Below the pieces are notes generated by a model. The model did no database searches and was not told where the DNA came from. It worked only from the letters and a program-made list of their open reading frames with translations. Both the position numbers and the translations under genes were made by a program. Of a stretch of 64,000 nucleotides of DNA, positions 27,851-36,375 are shown piece by piece. How positions within the stretch are numbered: the stretch's first letter is position 1; each line of letters begins with the position of its first letter. This DNA comes from Eubacteriales bacterium (lineage in GTDB: Bacteria > Bacillota > Clostridia > Oscillospirales > CAG-272). The stretch covers positions 69 through 64,068 of the forward strand of contig JBGUUX010000100.1 in the NCBI GenBank assembly GCA_045133915.1. Reading direction: 5' to 3'.

Positions 27851-28296
27851 TATTCCGCACCGCCTTTCTCGGTTCTGTATATGCACTCTTCCGCCTTACA
27901 ATTAGAGATATCATATCCCACCTGCATAGGGCATCTTTTCCCGGTACACTTTGTGTGTTTTACTTGTTCCCCACAGCTACAGAAGTCATTGAATCTTGTG
28001 AAATGGCAGGTTGCCCAACCACTCCACCGTCTACACTCCGCAAAGACTACAAGTGTATCATCTTCCGATGAATAGGAATGTAGCTCCTTGTTTTCGGCAT
28101 TCCAATGTTTACAGTCCTCACAGCGAACAACCTCGGCATATCGGGATTTATCCATGAAGGTTTTACATTCAGTATTTTCGTAGGGAAAATTATTCATCTT
28201 TATCTGTCTATCAAGAACTCTTTTAGTCACATCAATCAAACTGTTCTTAAAGTATTCGCAGTTTTCATAATGTAAGCAATCCTTACATGCACTCAT
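27850..28296 (-). CDS. Hypothetical Cys-rich protein (148 aa)
   Basis: Repeated C.DC.H motifs (CKDCLHYENC, CEDCKHWN), common in clostridial phage early regions. Confidence 0.6.
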   Translation of the reverse strand: MSACKDCLHYENCEYFKNSLIDVTKRVLDRQIKMNNFPYENTECKTFMDKSRYAEVVRCEDCKHWNAENKELHSYSSEDDTLVVFAECRRWSGWATCHFTRFNDFCSCGEQVKHTKCTGKRCPMQVGYDISNCKAEECIYRTEKGGAE

Positions 28297-28631
28297 AGTT
28301 GCCCGCCTTCCATAAGTTCTTTATAGGATATACCGCCTGCAAGCCCTACCGATTTGTCGCTGTCGGTTGGCATGTATCGTGCATCAGAGAACGCAGGATA
28401 CAGGAATTCAAGCATCGCAAAATTCGCAACATCAATAAGATATTCCTTGTTATGTGTTTTTTCATAAGCATCAAGCCTCTCTCTGATGCACTTATGAGCC
28501 TGTGCAAGTTCAGGATAGGTCTTAGAGGCCCAACCGTATTTATGATGCGAGACCTCTATAGCATTCTTCATCTTGTTTATGAATGCTTCCGAAAAATCTC
28601 TTCTAAGGATCTCTTCTCTGTTATCTGCCAT
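28293..28631 (-). CDS. Hypothetical protein (112 aa)
   Basis: The preferred start MADNREEILRRDF at 28631 overlaps the upstream stop by 1 nt. Confidence 0.55.
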   Translation of the reverse strand: MADNREEILRRDFSEAFINKMKNAIEVSHHKYGWASKTYPELAQAHKCIRERLDAYEKTHNKEYLIDVANFAMLEFLYPAFSDARYMPTDSDKSVGLAGGISYKELMEGGQL

Positions 28632-28981
28632 TATGTATCCTCCCTTTTCACCCTCGCCCCACACTCAGGGCAGAATTTACACTCATATTCACATAAAACC
28701 TCGTCCCCGACTTTTTCATCATGGCGCCATTCAGAGAGATCTCTCAGCTTTACACCGCACTCAGAACAGTTAAATTCACCAACAAAATCCTGTTTTATGT
28801 TGCTGCATTCCCTAACAGGGGTAACATCAGCGAAGGGAATTTCGTTTAGCTCAGTATCCCTAAAATCAGCAAGTACTCCTGCGGCAAGTGAGCTTTGGAT
28901 ACAATCGTATTTTACATATTCTTCTACAAGATCATCTAATTTACTTACCACAGCATCCGCATCAATATACCATGCCATCAT
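28631..28981 (-). CDS. Hypothetical Zn-ribbon protein (116 aa)
   Basis: Cys pairs CSECG...CKFCPECG. Confidence 0.55.
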   Translation of the reverse strand: MMAWYIDADAVVSKLDDLVEEYVKYDCIQSSLAAGVLADFRDTELNEIPFADVTPVRECSNIKQDFVGEFNCSECGVKLRDLSEWRHDEKVGDEVLCEYECKFCPECGARVKREDT

Positions 28982-29139
28982 TCATCCTCCTCAATAACTC
29001 TTCTGCCGCATCGAGGGCAGTGATCGTACTCGTACTCATCAATGTTGTTTTCAACGCAGTCGATAACAGCATCACAATAAGGGCAGATTATGAACTTCTT
29101 ATCTTTGTTTTTCTTGGGAATGTATACTGTCCAAGGCAT
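28978..29139 (-). CDS. Small Zn-ribbon protein (53 aa), not in the ORF track
   Basis: ATG at 29139 makes a TAATG overlap with the upstream gene. Translation: [53 protein letters not shown]. Its stop overlaps the next ATG. Confidence 0.5.
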   Translation of the reverse strand: MPWTVYIPKKNKDKKFIICPYCDAVIDCVENNIDEYEYDHCPRCGRRVIEEDE

Positions 29140-29477
29140 TATGTATTCCTCTCTTTTACCAACTTAGCAGACACCTTAACAATGTACTCATCATCATTAA
29201 GCTCTACCACGGTCTCGGTTGACATTGCACCACTGGCAATGATCTGATCGGCAAGAATCCTTGCAAGCTCTAACCTCACATACTCCTTATAGCCAGGGCC
29301 CTTATCGTATCTGTCCTTGTTGACCATCATAGTAGCAGTCACAGGCACCGTTGTGATACTCTCAGCCTTGATTTTGGGAGCTACGGGAGGGAAAACATAT
29401 CCACCCAGCAGCCCTATAAGATTATTCTTCGCCTTTGTCCAAAGGTCTTTGATTTTGATTTTAAGATTAGGTTTCAT
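29139..29477 (-). CDS. Hypothetical protein (112 aa)
   Basis: ORF packed between its neighbours. Confidence 0.55.
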   Translation of the reverse strand: MKPNLKIKIKDLWTKAKNNLIGLLGGYVFPPVAPKIKAESITTVPVTATMMVNKDRYDKGPGYKEYVRLELARILADQIIASGAMSTETVVELNDDEYIVKVSAKLVKERNT

Positions 29478-29832
29478 CTTTATTCTCCTTTATCACAGTA
29501 AGATCTCCGTACCCCTCTCTGAAAGCGCGGTAATAATATTCGCCTACCTTCTCCGAAAGGCTAATCAGTTTTTTCAGCACCTTTGCGTCTATGTTGAATT
29601 TTAATGTAGAGCGCACTTCACTGGTAATATCAAGCACCACGATCATGCACCCTGCCTCGCCATTCTCGTCGATGTTAGCGGCGGCAAACATGTTACGCTG
29701 CGGGTCGGGATAAAACTCAATCTTTGCAGGGTACTGAGCCGTTTTAATCTCAGCCACAAGGCCCGCCGCACTGCCACAAAACTTACAGAGCTCTTCAAGC
29801 GCTGCCTCGTATTCGATTTTAGCTTTCATCAT
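29467..29832 (-). CDS. Hypothetical protein (~121 aa)
   Basis: The preferred start is [15 protein letters not shown] at 29832, after AAAGGA. Confidence 0.55.
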   Translation of the reverse strand: MMKAKIEYEAALEELCKFCGSAAGLVAEIKTAQYPAKIEFYPDPQRNMFAAANIDENGEAGCMIVVLDITSEVRSTLKFNIDAKVLKKLISLSEKVGEYYYRAFREGYGDLTVIKENKDET

Positions 29833-29870
29833 ACGTCCTTTCTGCCGGTTTAACCGTCCCACCGGCAAGG

Positions 29871-30092
29871 CTATGTATCGTATTTACTTATTAGCATCCT
29901 ATACACCTCGCATTTGGTGTAATGCTCACAGCAGAAAACACCTATTTGCGTGTCAAAGTCTGCCTTTTTGTGATAAACGAGGGCCAGGCTGCTGTTGTCC
30001 ACAAGCCCCTCACAGGTAATCCGGCTTTTCCCGTCGTCATACTTGTAGAAGGGACAAGTGACATAAGCCTGCCAGTATGAGCCACTTGGCAT
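29871..30092 (-). CDS. Small Cys-rich hypothetical protein (73 aa)
   Basis: ORF with Cys-containing segments CPFY...CEG...CCEHYTKC. Confidence 0.55.
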   Translation of the reverse strand: MPSGSYWQAYVTCPFYKYDDGKSRITCEGLVDNSSLALVYHKKADFDTQIGVFCCEHYTKCEVYRMLISKYDT

Positions 30093-30106
30093 ATAAGCAC
30101 CCCCTG

Positions 30107-30787
30107 TTATTTGTTGTCAAGTCCGCTATCCTCTCTATACCACTTCAAGATTGTCTCATAGTGATTGGAAACCTTGGCATCATTCTTGATGATAAAAGAG
30201 GACAGTTTATCAACGTAGTAGTCAAAGGTCTCAATGTCGCCAAACTCTTCCAAAAGACTATCTATCTGATCGTTTGACAGAAACACTACGCCCTTACCCA
30301 GCTTTCCACCGACAACTTTCACCTTTCTGTCCGCCGTCGCCGCCGTATCCGACCTTTCGTTTGTAGATGTGGTTGCAGCTGCAGCTGTAGTTGTAGATGG
30401 AGTTATAGTTGTGGATGGAGTTGTTGTTGTAGTTGGATACCATTGGTTATCATTGGTTATCATTGATGACCTTTGATGTTCACTGATAGCAATGGTCTTT
30501 AGCCATTCATCAAAGGTGATCTCCGGTTCTCCCTTCTTTTTGCGTTCCCGACAGACGGTAGCATATTGACGTCTTTGAACAGACAGATTATACTCCGCTT
30601 CATCCTTATCTATCTTCGGTTTTACGAACTCCCAAGCCAGCGACAGCGCCAATCCATCAAACTCCGGTACTGTCCCGCTTTTTCCATACTCCAGCATTGC
30701 CCAGAATAACCGTCCTTTGTCGGCATCCGGCAATTTCTTGAGAGGTCCCATCATATCGAAATATACCATTATTCCGGGTCTTGCCAT
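30107..30787 (-). CDS. Replication-organizer-like protein (DUF6291/DnaD-like N-terminus) with a Thr-rich linker
   Basis: The N-terminus YFDMMGPLKKLPDADKGRLFWAMLEY resembles phage replisome-organizer N-domains (from memory). The internal linker is TTTTTPSTTITPSTTTAAAATTST. Confidence 0.4.
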   Translation of the reverse strand: MARPGIMVYFDMMGPLKKLPDADKGRLFWAMLEYGKSGTVPEFDGLALSLAWEFVKPKIDKDEAEYNLSVQRRQYATVCRERKKKGEPEITFDEWLKTIAISEHQRSSMITNDNQWYPTTTTTPSTTITPSTTTAAAATTSTNERSDTAATADRKVKVVGGKLGKGVVFLSNDQIDSLLEEFGDIETFDYYVDKLSSFIIKNDAKVSNHYETILKWYREDSGLDNK

Positions 30788-30800
30788 GCGTCACACTCCT

Positions 30801-31508
30801 TTACTTCTTACATGCCATAACCTTTATTCCATCCGGCACGCTATTTCTTACGCGGGAAATAAACCGTTCTTCATGGCTCGTTGCGTCCGAAAGGTGTAAA
30901 AGATGTATTTCACGGCATTGTGAGAGGTCCAGTTCTTTCAGATAATCGCACAGGTTGTCTATCTCCATGTGCGCGTTGGTTATACGGTGCCGTACCTTCT
31001 CAGGCAGCTTCTCACAGCGATCAAGTATATCCCTTGAATAGTTGGCCTCAATAGCTAAGATATTCAGCCCGGGAAAGCGATACCGCAGGTTTACCGTATC
31101 TGTAGCAAATGCCAGGATATCACCGTCCGCCCTGCTCTTTATAAGGAAGCCAAGAGGCTCGGCAGCGTCGTGGAATGTAGCAAAGGGAACGATATCAAAG
31201 CTGTCTATGTTAAACTGCTCCATAGAGCTGATAACATTTGTCGCGTCAACTCCCAGCGCGTCGGCAGTCCCCTCACTCATATAGACGCTCAAACCGTCCT
31301 TTATAAGCTCGCTGACACTCTTGGAATGATCCTTGTGCTCATGGCTTATAAGACAACCTGCGAACTCGGTCAGAGAAAAGCCCGAAAGCTTCTGCAGCTT
31401 CTTGTGTGATACCCCGCACTCCAAAAGAATACGGGTATCACTGTCACTCACTATGTATGCGTTTCCATGTGAGGAGGAGGCTAATGCTTCAAATTTCATA
31501 TAGGACAC
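30801..31508 (-). CDS. MBL-fold metallo-hydrolase
   Basis: HGNAYIV...LLECG...LISHEHKDHSKS contains the HxHxDH motif. Confidence 0.8.
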   Translation of the reverse strand: MSYMKFEALASSSHGNAYIVSDSDTRILLECGVSHKKLQKLSGFSLTEFAGCLISHEHKDHSKSVSELIKDGLSVYMSEGTADALGVDATNVISSMEQFNIDSFDIVPFATFHDAAEPLGFLIKSRADGDILAFATDTVNLRYRFPGLNILAIEANYSRDILDRCEKLPEKVRHRITNAHMEIDNLCDYLKELDLSQCREIHLLHLSDATSHEERFISRVRNSVPDGIKVMACKK

Positions 31509-32083
31509 GTCCTTTCCTCTGTTTTAACCTCAACAGTATCGGTAGGCGCATGAAGCTTCTGATACTCTGTAGATTTCTTTATCTGCTCCTGTATCCATTC
31601 AGGCAGCTCCTTAAACACCTCGTCGTCCCACTGCTGCATATCCCACTTGATATGCTTGTTAGTGCTCTCCGGGACCGGGAAGCCCTTGGGCAACGGCATA
31701 AGGTTGTCCACGTTTGCATATTCGCCTGTCTCATTCAGCACAACATTGAGCTGGCAGGGTAAGCCTACCTGATCAAACAGGTCAAGATCAAGAAATTCAT
31801 CATCCGAATACGTCTTAGAGTTCCAGGAAGAGAGAAAAGCTCTCAAATGGCCTTTTTTAGAACCACTTACGGTAAATTCCTTTGAAAGCTGTCTCGGCTC
31901 CTGCTTGCCGTCTACCTCTACAGTCTCGGAGGGGATCTCCCATATAAATTTGACCTTATTGGAATAGCTCTTGAATTTTTCGGAATACTGTTCTCCGAGG
32001 TCGATAACTCCGATACATACAGCAATATATACACCCGGCTCCACAGGCGGGATCTTCGGCTTTGCTCTGTCTTTAACCTTCAT
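31496..32083 (-). CDS. DUF669-like phage protein (possible ssDNA-binding partner of the ATPase)
   Basis: 195 aa, lying between the SMC-like ATPase and the MBL hydrolase as in known phage recombination modules. The family call is from memory. Confidence 0.4.
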   Translation of the reverse strand: MKVKDRAKPKIPPVEPGVYIAVCIGVIDLGEQYSEKFKSYSNKVKFIWEIPSETVEVDGKQEPRQLSKEFTVSGSKKGHLRAFLSSWNSKTYSDDEFLDLDLFDQVGLPCQLNVVLNETGEYANVDNLMPLPKGFPVPESTNKHIKWDMQQWDDEVFKELPEWIQEQIKKSTEYQKLHAPTDTVEVKTEERTCPI

Positions 32084-34010
32084 AACTTACATTCAACTCC
32101 TTATCTTTTTCTGATACGACAAGTCTTATTATCTGACTGTCTGTTTTTTCAAGATCGGTAACACTCTCTGCATTGTCAACAAAAAGCGGAACGCTAACGC
32201 CGTAAGCCTTGGAAAGTGTGTTTATAATGTCTATACCCAGGTTGATTTTCGCGCCGCTGTTCACGCATAAGTAAGGGACATCCTTAAAAACTACGTCGCA
32301 GCGGTCCTCTATACCACCGTTGGCCTGCTCTCTGAAAAGACGGAAACGGGCAATGCGGAAAAGACCGTTTATACTGTCCTCAACAAAGGAAGTCTTGTAT
32401 CGGGTAAACTCTTCCAAAAGGAAAAGCATATTTTCTATCCTCTGCAGCCTCTCTGCCGCTGCCTGTGCTTCTGCCTGCAGATCTGCAATTCTCGTTTGAG
32501 CGTATGCCAGAGCTGATTCCTTACCAACCGTTTCCAAAGCTGTATTGATTTCAGCATTCACCTCGGATATCTTGTCTCGCAGCTCTTTTGAGGCGGTATA
32601 GCTGTCCTCACGCAATACGCGTAGTTCTTCCTGCAGGTGGGATATCAAGCCGCGCAGCCCATCGGCCGTGTCCTTGTATCCTTCCATGTCAACAACTTCG
32701 ACCTTTACACCGTCTGCAGCTTTTATCTGAGCTTCAAGCTCGGCAATCTCCTTGTCATAAGCCTTGATTTCATCCTCGCACAGCTTTAACTGTTCTTCGG
32801 TGGATGCTTTTACCTTCTTAAGCCTGTCAGCCTCGTCCTCTATATCGCGCAGTCTCGCCTGTTTATTCGCCTCAAACTCAGCTTTTATCTTTGCTGCACG
32901 TTCAGCAGGGAAAGCCTGTCCGCAGGTAGGGCAATTGCCGACTGTAAATTCCTCCGCGTTTGCTTTCATCCAACTATCGCGGTATTTTTCAATGCTGATT
33001 TCTATCCTTTCAAGGGAAGCACGATGATTTTCAAGCGTTTTTTGTGTAATCGCCTGCTTGCTCTGCACACCCTGAAGCTTTATTTTTATACCGTTTATAT
33101 CCGGCTGTCCCTGCGTCTGACTTTCACGGTAGAGCCTGTTTTTCGACTCCAGCTCGTTAAGCGCAAGCTGAGCGTTCTTTATTTCCATGTTTTTCGCTTC
33201 AACCGCTGTGTTATGTTCTATGGCAAGCAACTGTGCCGAAAGGTCCTCTTTAAGGGCGGTAAGGCTCTTAACCTCATTCTTCGCGGCCTCAAAGTCGAGG
33301 GCTCCCAGGCTGTCAATAGTTTTCTGACATTCATTTATTCTTGCGGGGATCTCGTCACGCACACCCACACAGCCACGTTTTTCCGAAAGCAGCTTCTTTT
33401 TATAGTCGTCTACACTCAGGCGGCCCATTCCCTCAATGATCGGGGCAAAGTCCTCACGGGTCTCTAAGATCTGCACGTCGCTCTTGGTGCCCGCTACTCT
33501 GAAAAGCACTGCCCTTCTGTCCTGCCAGGGCATTTCTCCGGCAAAGTAGCTTACGCTCGTCAGCATACGGAACAGATCCTCCGAAACAAGCTCGTCCACC
33601 TTTGCGGTAAATGCAAACTTCTTACAGGGGACTTTATCTACGAAATATTCCGATGTATTACCGTCATAAGTTGCCTCCGTACTGCCTCTCTTGGTGCTCC
33701 ATACCTCCTGCAGAGTACGGCGCAGGGATATTATCTCTCCGTTTACGGACAATACAGCTTCAACCTCTGTTATTGCGTCATGATCTTTGACTACTCCCCC
33801 TTTGCCAAGTGGTTTGATTTCGATGTTCTTTTCACCGTTACCGAGGCTGTCCTTAGAAAATAGTAACCAAGTCAATGCGTCAAATACGCTTGTCTTACCG
33901 GTTGCATTGTCGCCGGATATAACAGCATTTCTGCCGTTAAAATCTAATTTAAGGTGCTGGTGACATTTGAAATTCGTCAATTCCAAGCTAATGAGTTTAA
34001 TATCTTTCAT
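32073..34010 (-). CDS. SMC/SbcC/RecF-like AAA ATPase (645 aa)
   Basis: The N-terminal Walker A is ISGDNATGKTSVFDALTWLLF. A long central coiled coil contains a CPTCGQ zinc hook-like motif. A C-terminal ATPase half follows. Confidence 0.8.
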   Translation of the reverse strand: MKDIKLISLELTNFKCHQHLKLDFNGRNAVISGDNATGKTSVFDALTWLLFSKDSLGNGEKNIEIKPLGKGGVVKDHDAITEVEAVLSVNGEIISLRRTLQEVWSTKRGSTEATYDGNTSEYFVDKVPCKKFAFTAKVDELVSEDLFRMLTSVSYFAGEMPWQDRRAVLFRVAGTKSDVQILETREDFAPIIEGMGRLSVDDYKKKLLSEKRGCVGVRDEIPARINECQKTIDSLGALDFEAAKNEVKSLTALKEDLSAQLLAIEHNTAVEAKNMEIKNAQLALNELESKNRLYRESQTQGQPDINGIKIKLQGVQSKQAITQKTLENHRASLERIEISIEKYRDSWMKANAEEFTVGNCPTCGQAFPAERAAKIKAEFEANKQARLRDIEDEADRLKKVKASTEEQLKLCEDEIKAYDKEIAELEAQIKAADGVKVEVVDMEGYKDTADGLRGLISHLQEELRVLREDSYTASKELRDKISEVNAEINTALETVGKESALAYAQTRIADLQAEAQAAAERLQRIENMLFLLEEFTRYKTSFVEDSINGLFRIARFRLFREQANGGIEDRCDVVFKDVPYLCVNSGAKINLGIDIINTLSKAYGVSVPLFVDNAESVTDLEKTDSQIIRLVVSEKDKELNVSYEG

Positions 34011-34521
34011 TTATATTTCTCCTTTTTGATCTGTTATTATTTTGTGTTTTCATATCAACCCATCGGCAATTATCAGGGGAGTACCCCCTGTCGTTATTGA
34101 TTCAATCTATGGTACATTGTCCCATGGGTGCGTTTTTGTCATATCCGTTTGCCATGGCCCACTCGTAGAAAGCGTTAAAATCATTGCGCCATTCTCCGCA
34201 TATCGTAATACCACGCCCACCGTACCTCGGATATTTGGGATTTTTTGGATTGCAACACCGTTGTTTCATATCTTTCCACACTGTATGTAACCGTGTTCCA
34301 CTTTTCCCGTGTACGGTATTGAGTGATATAATATGTTCACGATGTAGACATCCGCAACTTTTTGTTGTACCATTAACCAAGTTACTGCTCGAAACTGAGC
34401 AAACGGAGCCACAATCACATTGACATTTCCACATAGCACGCTTTTGTTTATCACTACCTGCTCGTTTTAACACAACAAGCCTTCCAAAGCGCCGCCCTGT
34501 TAAATCTTTAAGTGGTGCCAT
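33997..34521 (-). pseudogene. Phage DNA-binding/HNH-like protein interrupted by an in-frame TGA
   Basis: From ATG at 34521 the ORF reads MAPLKDLTGRRFGRLVVL...W.C.CDCG...SCGC...YGGRGITICGEW...GQCTID, then TGA (34104-34102). The same frame continues as INNDRGYSPDNCRWVDMKTQNNNRSKRRN to TAA at 33999-33997. The stop sits where the family has Arg (IDRI). Confidence 0.65.
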
Positions 34522-34747
34522 TGTTGTTTTCCCTTTCTGCCAACTCGACTTTTCTCGGGTCAACAATTAATACTGAATTAACGTTGCTTTTGCTTAGAAG
34601 CTCAACCTGAAGTATAGGATGATACCTGCCGTTATACGGGTCTCGTATCATACGGTATATATAAGCTGAAATGCAGGGATAAACCTTGCCCTCAAATACC
34701 ACAGGTTTTCTTTCATCAATGGCCTTGCGTATCTCTTCCGGTTTCAT
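34508..34747 (-). CDS. Hypothetical protein (79 aa)
   Basis: ORF overlapping both neighbours by a few nucleotides. Confidence 0.55.
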   Translation of the reverse strand: MKPEEIRKAIDERKPVVFEGKVYPCISAYIYRMIRDPYNGRYHPILQVELLSKSNVNSVLIVDPRKVELAERENNNGTT

Positions 34748-34965
34748 CGTTTTGACTGTGCCTTTGCTTCCTTAAAGGCATCTACGTAGAATCTCAAAGC
34801 CTTGTATATGCCTCTTGCAATCTCCCACCTCATACTGTATATGGTGAGGTACACCGTTGATATCAGACACAGCCTGATTGCTATGTCCGATGAATCGAGA
34901 CACATAGCCGATATTACCATCACAGCTATGGCGATTGCGTTAATGATTTTTACGACCTTTTTCAT
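34744..34965 (-). CDS. Small membrane protein (73 aa, two hydrophobic helices)
   Basis: The hydrophobic segments are IINAIAIAVMVISAMCL and LCLISTVYLTIY. Confidence 0.5.
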   Translation of the reverse strand: MKKVVKIINAIAIAVMVISAMCLDSSDIAIRLCLISTVYLTIYSMRWEIARGIYKALRFYVDAFKEAKAQSKR

Positions 34966-34967
34966 AG

Positions 34968-35120
34968 TTACTTTGCTTGCAGAAGCCTTGCAGCCGACTT
35001 TGCTATGGCTTCAAGCCTCCGCTTCCTTTCTTCTTCAGTAAGCACCGGGATATATACCCTCGCTACCATATTTTCTGTTTTGATTATTATGGGTTCCTTG
35101 TAGGTATCATTGTTTGCCAT
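34968..35120 (-). CDS. Small hypothetical protein (50 aa), not in the ORF track
   Basis: GGAGG, 5 nt, ATG at 35120. Translation: MANNDTYKEPIIIKTENMVARVYIPVLTEEERKRRLEAIAKSAARLLQAK. Confidence 0.45.
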   Translation of the reverse strand: MANNDTYKEPIIIKTENMVARVYIPVLTEEERKRRLEAIAKSAARLLQAK

Positions 35121-35230
35121 ATGAACCTCCGAATTAATTACTTAATCCATAATATTCAGGACTGCTTGTCCCTGTCCCATCCGGACAACATATAGTTTTG
35201 AATTCGCTAAGTTGCGAAATCACGACTTTT

Positions 35231-35434
35231 TCAGTAAAAAAAATAATCGAGATCCAGCGGAATAGACAAGCCAAGAAGAGCACAAGCCTTTTCAATTTGT
35301 GGCATTGTCCACGGACTTCTTTCGTTTAGCTTGGCACTAATAGTAGACTTATCCATTTCCATTGCTACAGCGAATTTATCGAGAGAACCAAAAATCTCTC
35401 TTATCTTTTCACGTAATCTTCCAAAGGTTTTCAA
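35231..35434 (-). CDS. Cro-like HTH regulator (67 aa)
   Basis: The HTH is FAVAMEMDKSTISAKLN. The gene is divergent from the cI-like gene and is the first gene of the leftward operon. Confidence 0.7.
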   Translation of the reverse strand: MKTFGRLREKIREIFGSLDKFAVAMEMDKSTISAKLNERSPWTMPQIEKACALLGLSIPLDLDYFFY

Positions 35435-35484
35435 TTTTCGACACCTCCTTTCTCTGAGGTTGGGATTTCACGACCTTGATTTTG

Positions 35485-35512
35485 ATTATACTCAAAATTT
35501 TCTGAATGTCAA
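35485..35512 (-). promoter_or_regulatory. Leftward early promoter (cro side)
   Basis: On the minus strand: TTGACA (35512-35507), a 16-nt spacer, then TATAAT (35490-35485). Both hexamers match consensus. Confidence 0.7.
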
Positions 35513-35564
35513 TCCCCTTTTGCAAAAAAATCACGACTTTTTTTGTAAAACTCCGTCGAAAGTC

Positions 35565-35593
35565 TTGAAATCCCGTTTGTTTTATGGTATTAT
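35565..35593 (+). promoter_or_regulatory. Rightward promoter for the cI-like repressor
   Basis: TTGAAA (35565-35570), a 17-nt spacer ending in TGG, then TATTAT (35588-35593). Confidence 0.65.
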
Positions 35594-35616
35594 AAGTAAA
35601 CAAGGAGGTGATGAAA

Positions 35617-36120
35617 GTGAAGATACGGGATAAGGTGCAAAGGGTTACTTCTACTAAGGACAGATTAAAAGAAGCAATGCTTCGAGCAAATAAGAAGCAA
35701 ATAGACATTTCGAGAGAAACCGGTATTGCTAAAGGTACTATAAGTAATTATCTTTATGGTAAATATGAGCCAAAGCCGGAAGCCGTTGCAAAACTCGCAG
35801 AATCCCTTAATGTTAGTGATATGTGGCTCATGGGTTACGACGTTCCAATGAAAAGGAGTAAAAATCTTACCAATTATGAGGAAAATCCCCACGAGTTAGA
35901 ATTACATGACTATTTTGAGACGCTTGAAACAAAAGAACAAAAAGAAATAGTCGAATATGTGAAAGCTGTATCAAACGGCGATAAAAAAGCGATCTCCCCC
36001 GAAAATTTAATACTTACCGAAGGAGAGCAGATACTTATAGACTTATTCAGGCGTGTCCCCGAAGAACAGCAACAGCTTGTTCTTCAGATGATTCGAGCTG
36101 CTTTAGGAAGCCAACAATGA
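35617..36120 (+). CDS. cI-like XRE-family repressor
   Basis: The HTH is QIDISRETGIAKGTISNYLYGK. The ORF opens at 35608. The GTG at 35617 has the best spacing (8 nt) from AGGAGG (35603-35608). The C-terminus is LIDLFRRVPEEQQQLVLQMIRAAL. Confidence 0.8.
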   Translation: MKIRDKVQRVTSTKDRLKEAMLRANKKQIDISRETGIAKGTISNYLYGKYEPKPEAVAKLAESLNVSDMWLMGYDVPMKRSKNLTNYEENPHELELHDYFETLETKEQKEIVEYVKAVSNGDKKAISPENLILTEGEQILIDLFRRVPEEQQQLVLQMIRAALGSQQ

Positions 36121-36205
36121 TGGCACCAGCCGTCATCAGAGCTTTCTCAGGATTATCGTTTTCACGGATCATAGTAATAAGTTCTCTCTCGTTTTCTGTC
36201 ATCAT
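36047..36205 (-). CDS. Candidate small ORF (52 aa) convergent with, and overlapping, the repressor 3' end
   Basis: ATGATG at 36205. Translation: MMTENERELITMIRENDNPEKALMTAGAIIVGFLKQLESSEEQAVAVLRGHA. It overlaps the cI-like gene by 74 nt in antisense. A LexA box lies 25 nt upstream. Confidence 0.3.
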   Translation of the reverse strand: MMTENERELITMIRENDNPEKALMTAGAIIVGFLKQLESSEEQAVAVLRGHA

Positions 36206-36229
36206 CGTTATTTCCCCTTTCACACCTTA

Positions 36230-36243
36230 CGAACACTTGTTCG
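36230..36243. promoter_or_regulatory. Cheo-box-type LexA operator
   Basis: CGAACACTTGTTCG is a perfect GAAC-N4-GTTC palindrome matching the Firmicute LexA/DinR consensus CGAAC-N4-GTTCG. A TAGAAT -10-like hexamer (36262-36257, minus strand) lies just upstream of it. Confidence 0.6.
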
Positions 36244-36375
36244 TTTTCGCGTTTTCATTCTACCGTGCCATCTGTCCGATAAAACGGACTTAAAACAATC
36301 GGTGTGATTTCAGTTTATTATATCGATTTCAAATTGTCAAAAAAATTTCAACAATCTTTAGGTATTGTGATATTT

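Noticed and set aside
27661-27866. 15-bp exact repeat ATTCCGCACCGCCTT at 27661-27675 and 27852-27866
   Set aside because: Both copies lie at gene boundaries and supply the AAGGCGGTGCGGAAT region just before an ATG. This is most simply a duplicated ribosome-binding or junction module of paralogous small early genes, not a separate element.
33997-34566. Genome-wide stop-codon reassignment (TGA read as sense) in the prophage
   Set aside because: It is a single occurrence. Other prophage ORFs end at TGA at sensible, tightly packed boundaries (for example the cro-like gene at 35231-35233 and the Dam methylase gene at 25473-25475). No other gene needs TGA readthrough to be complete.
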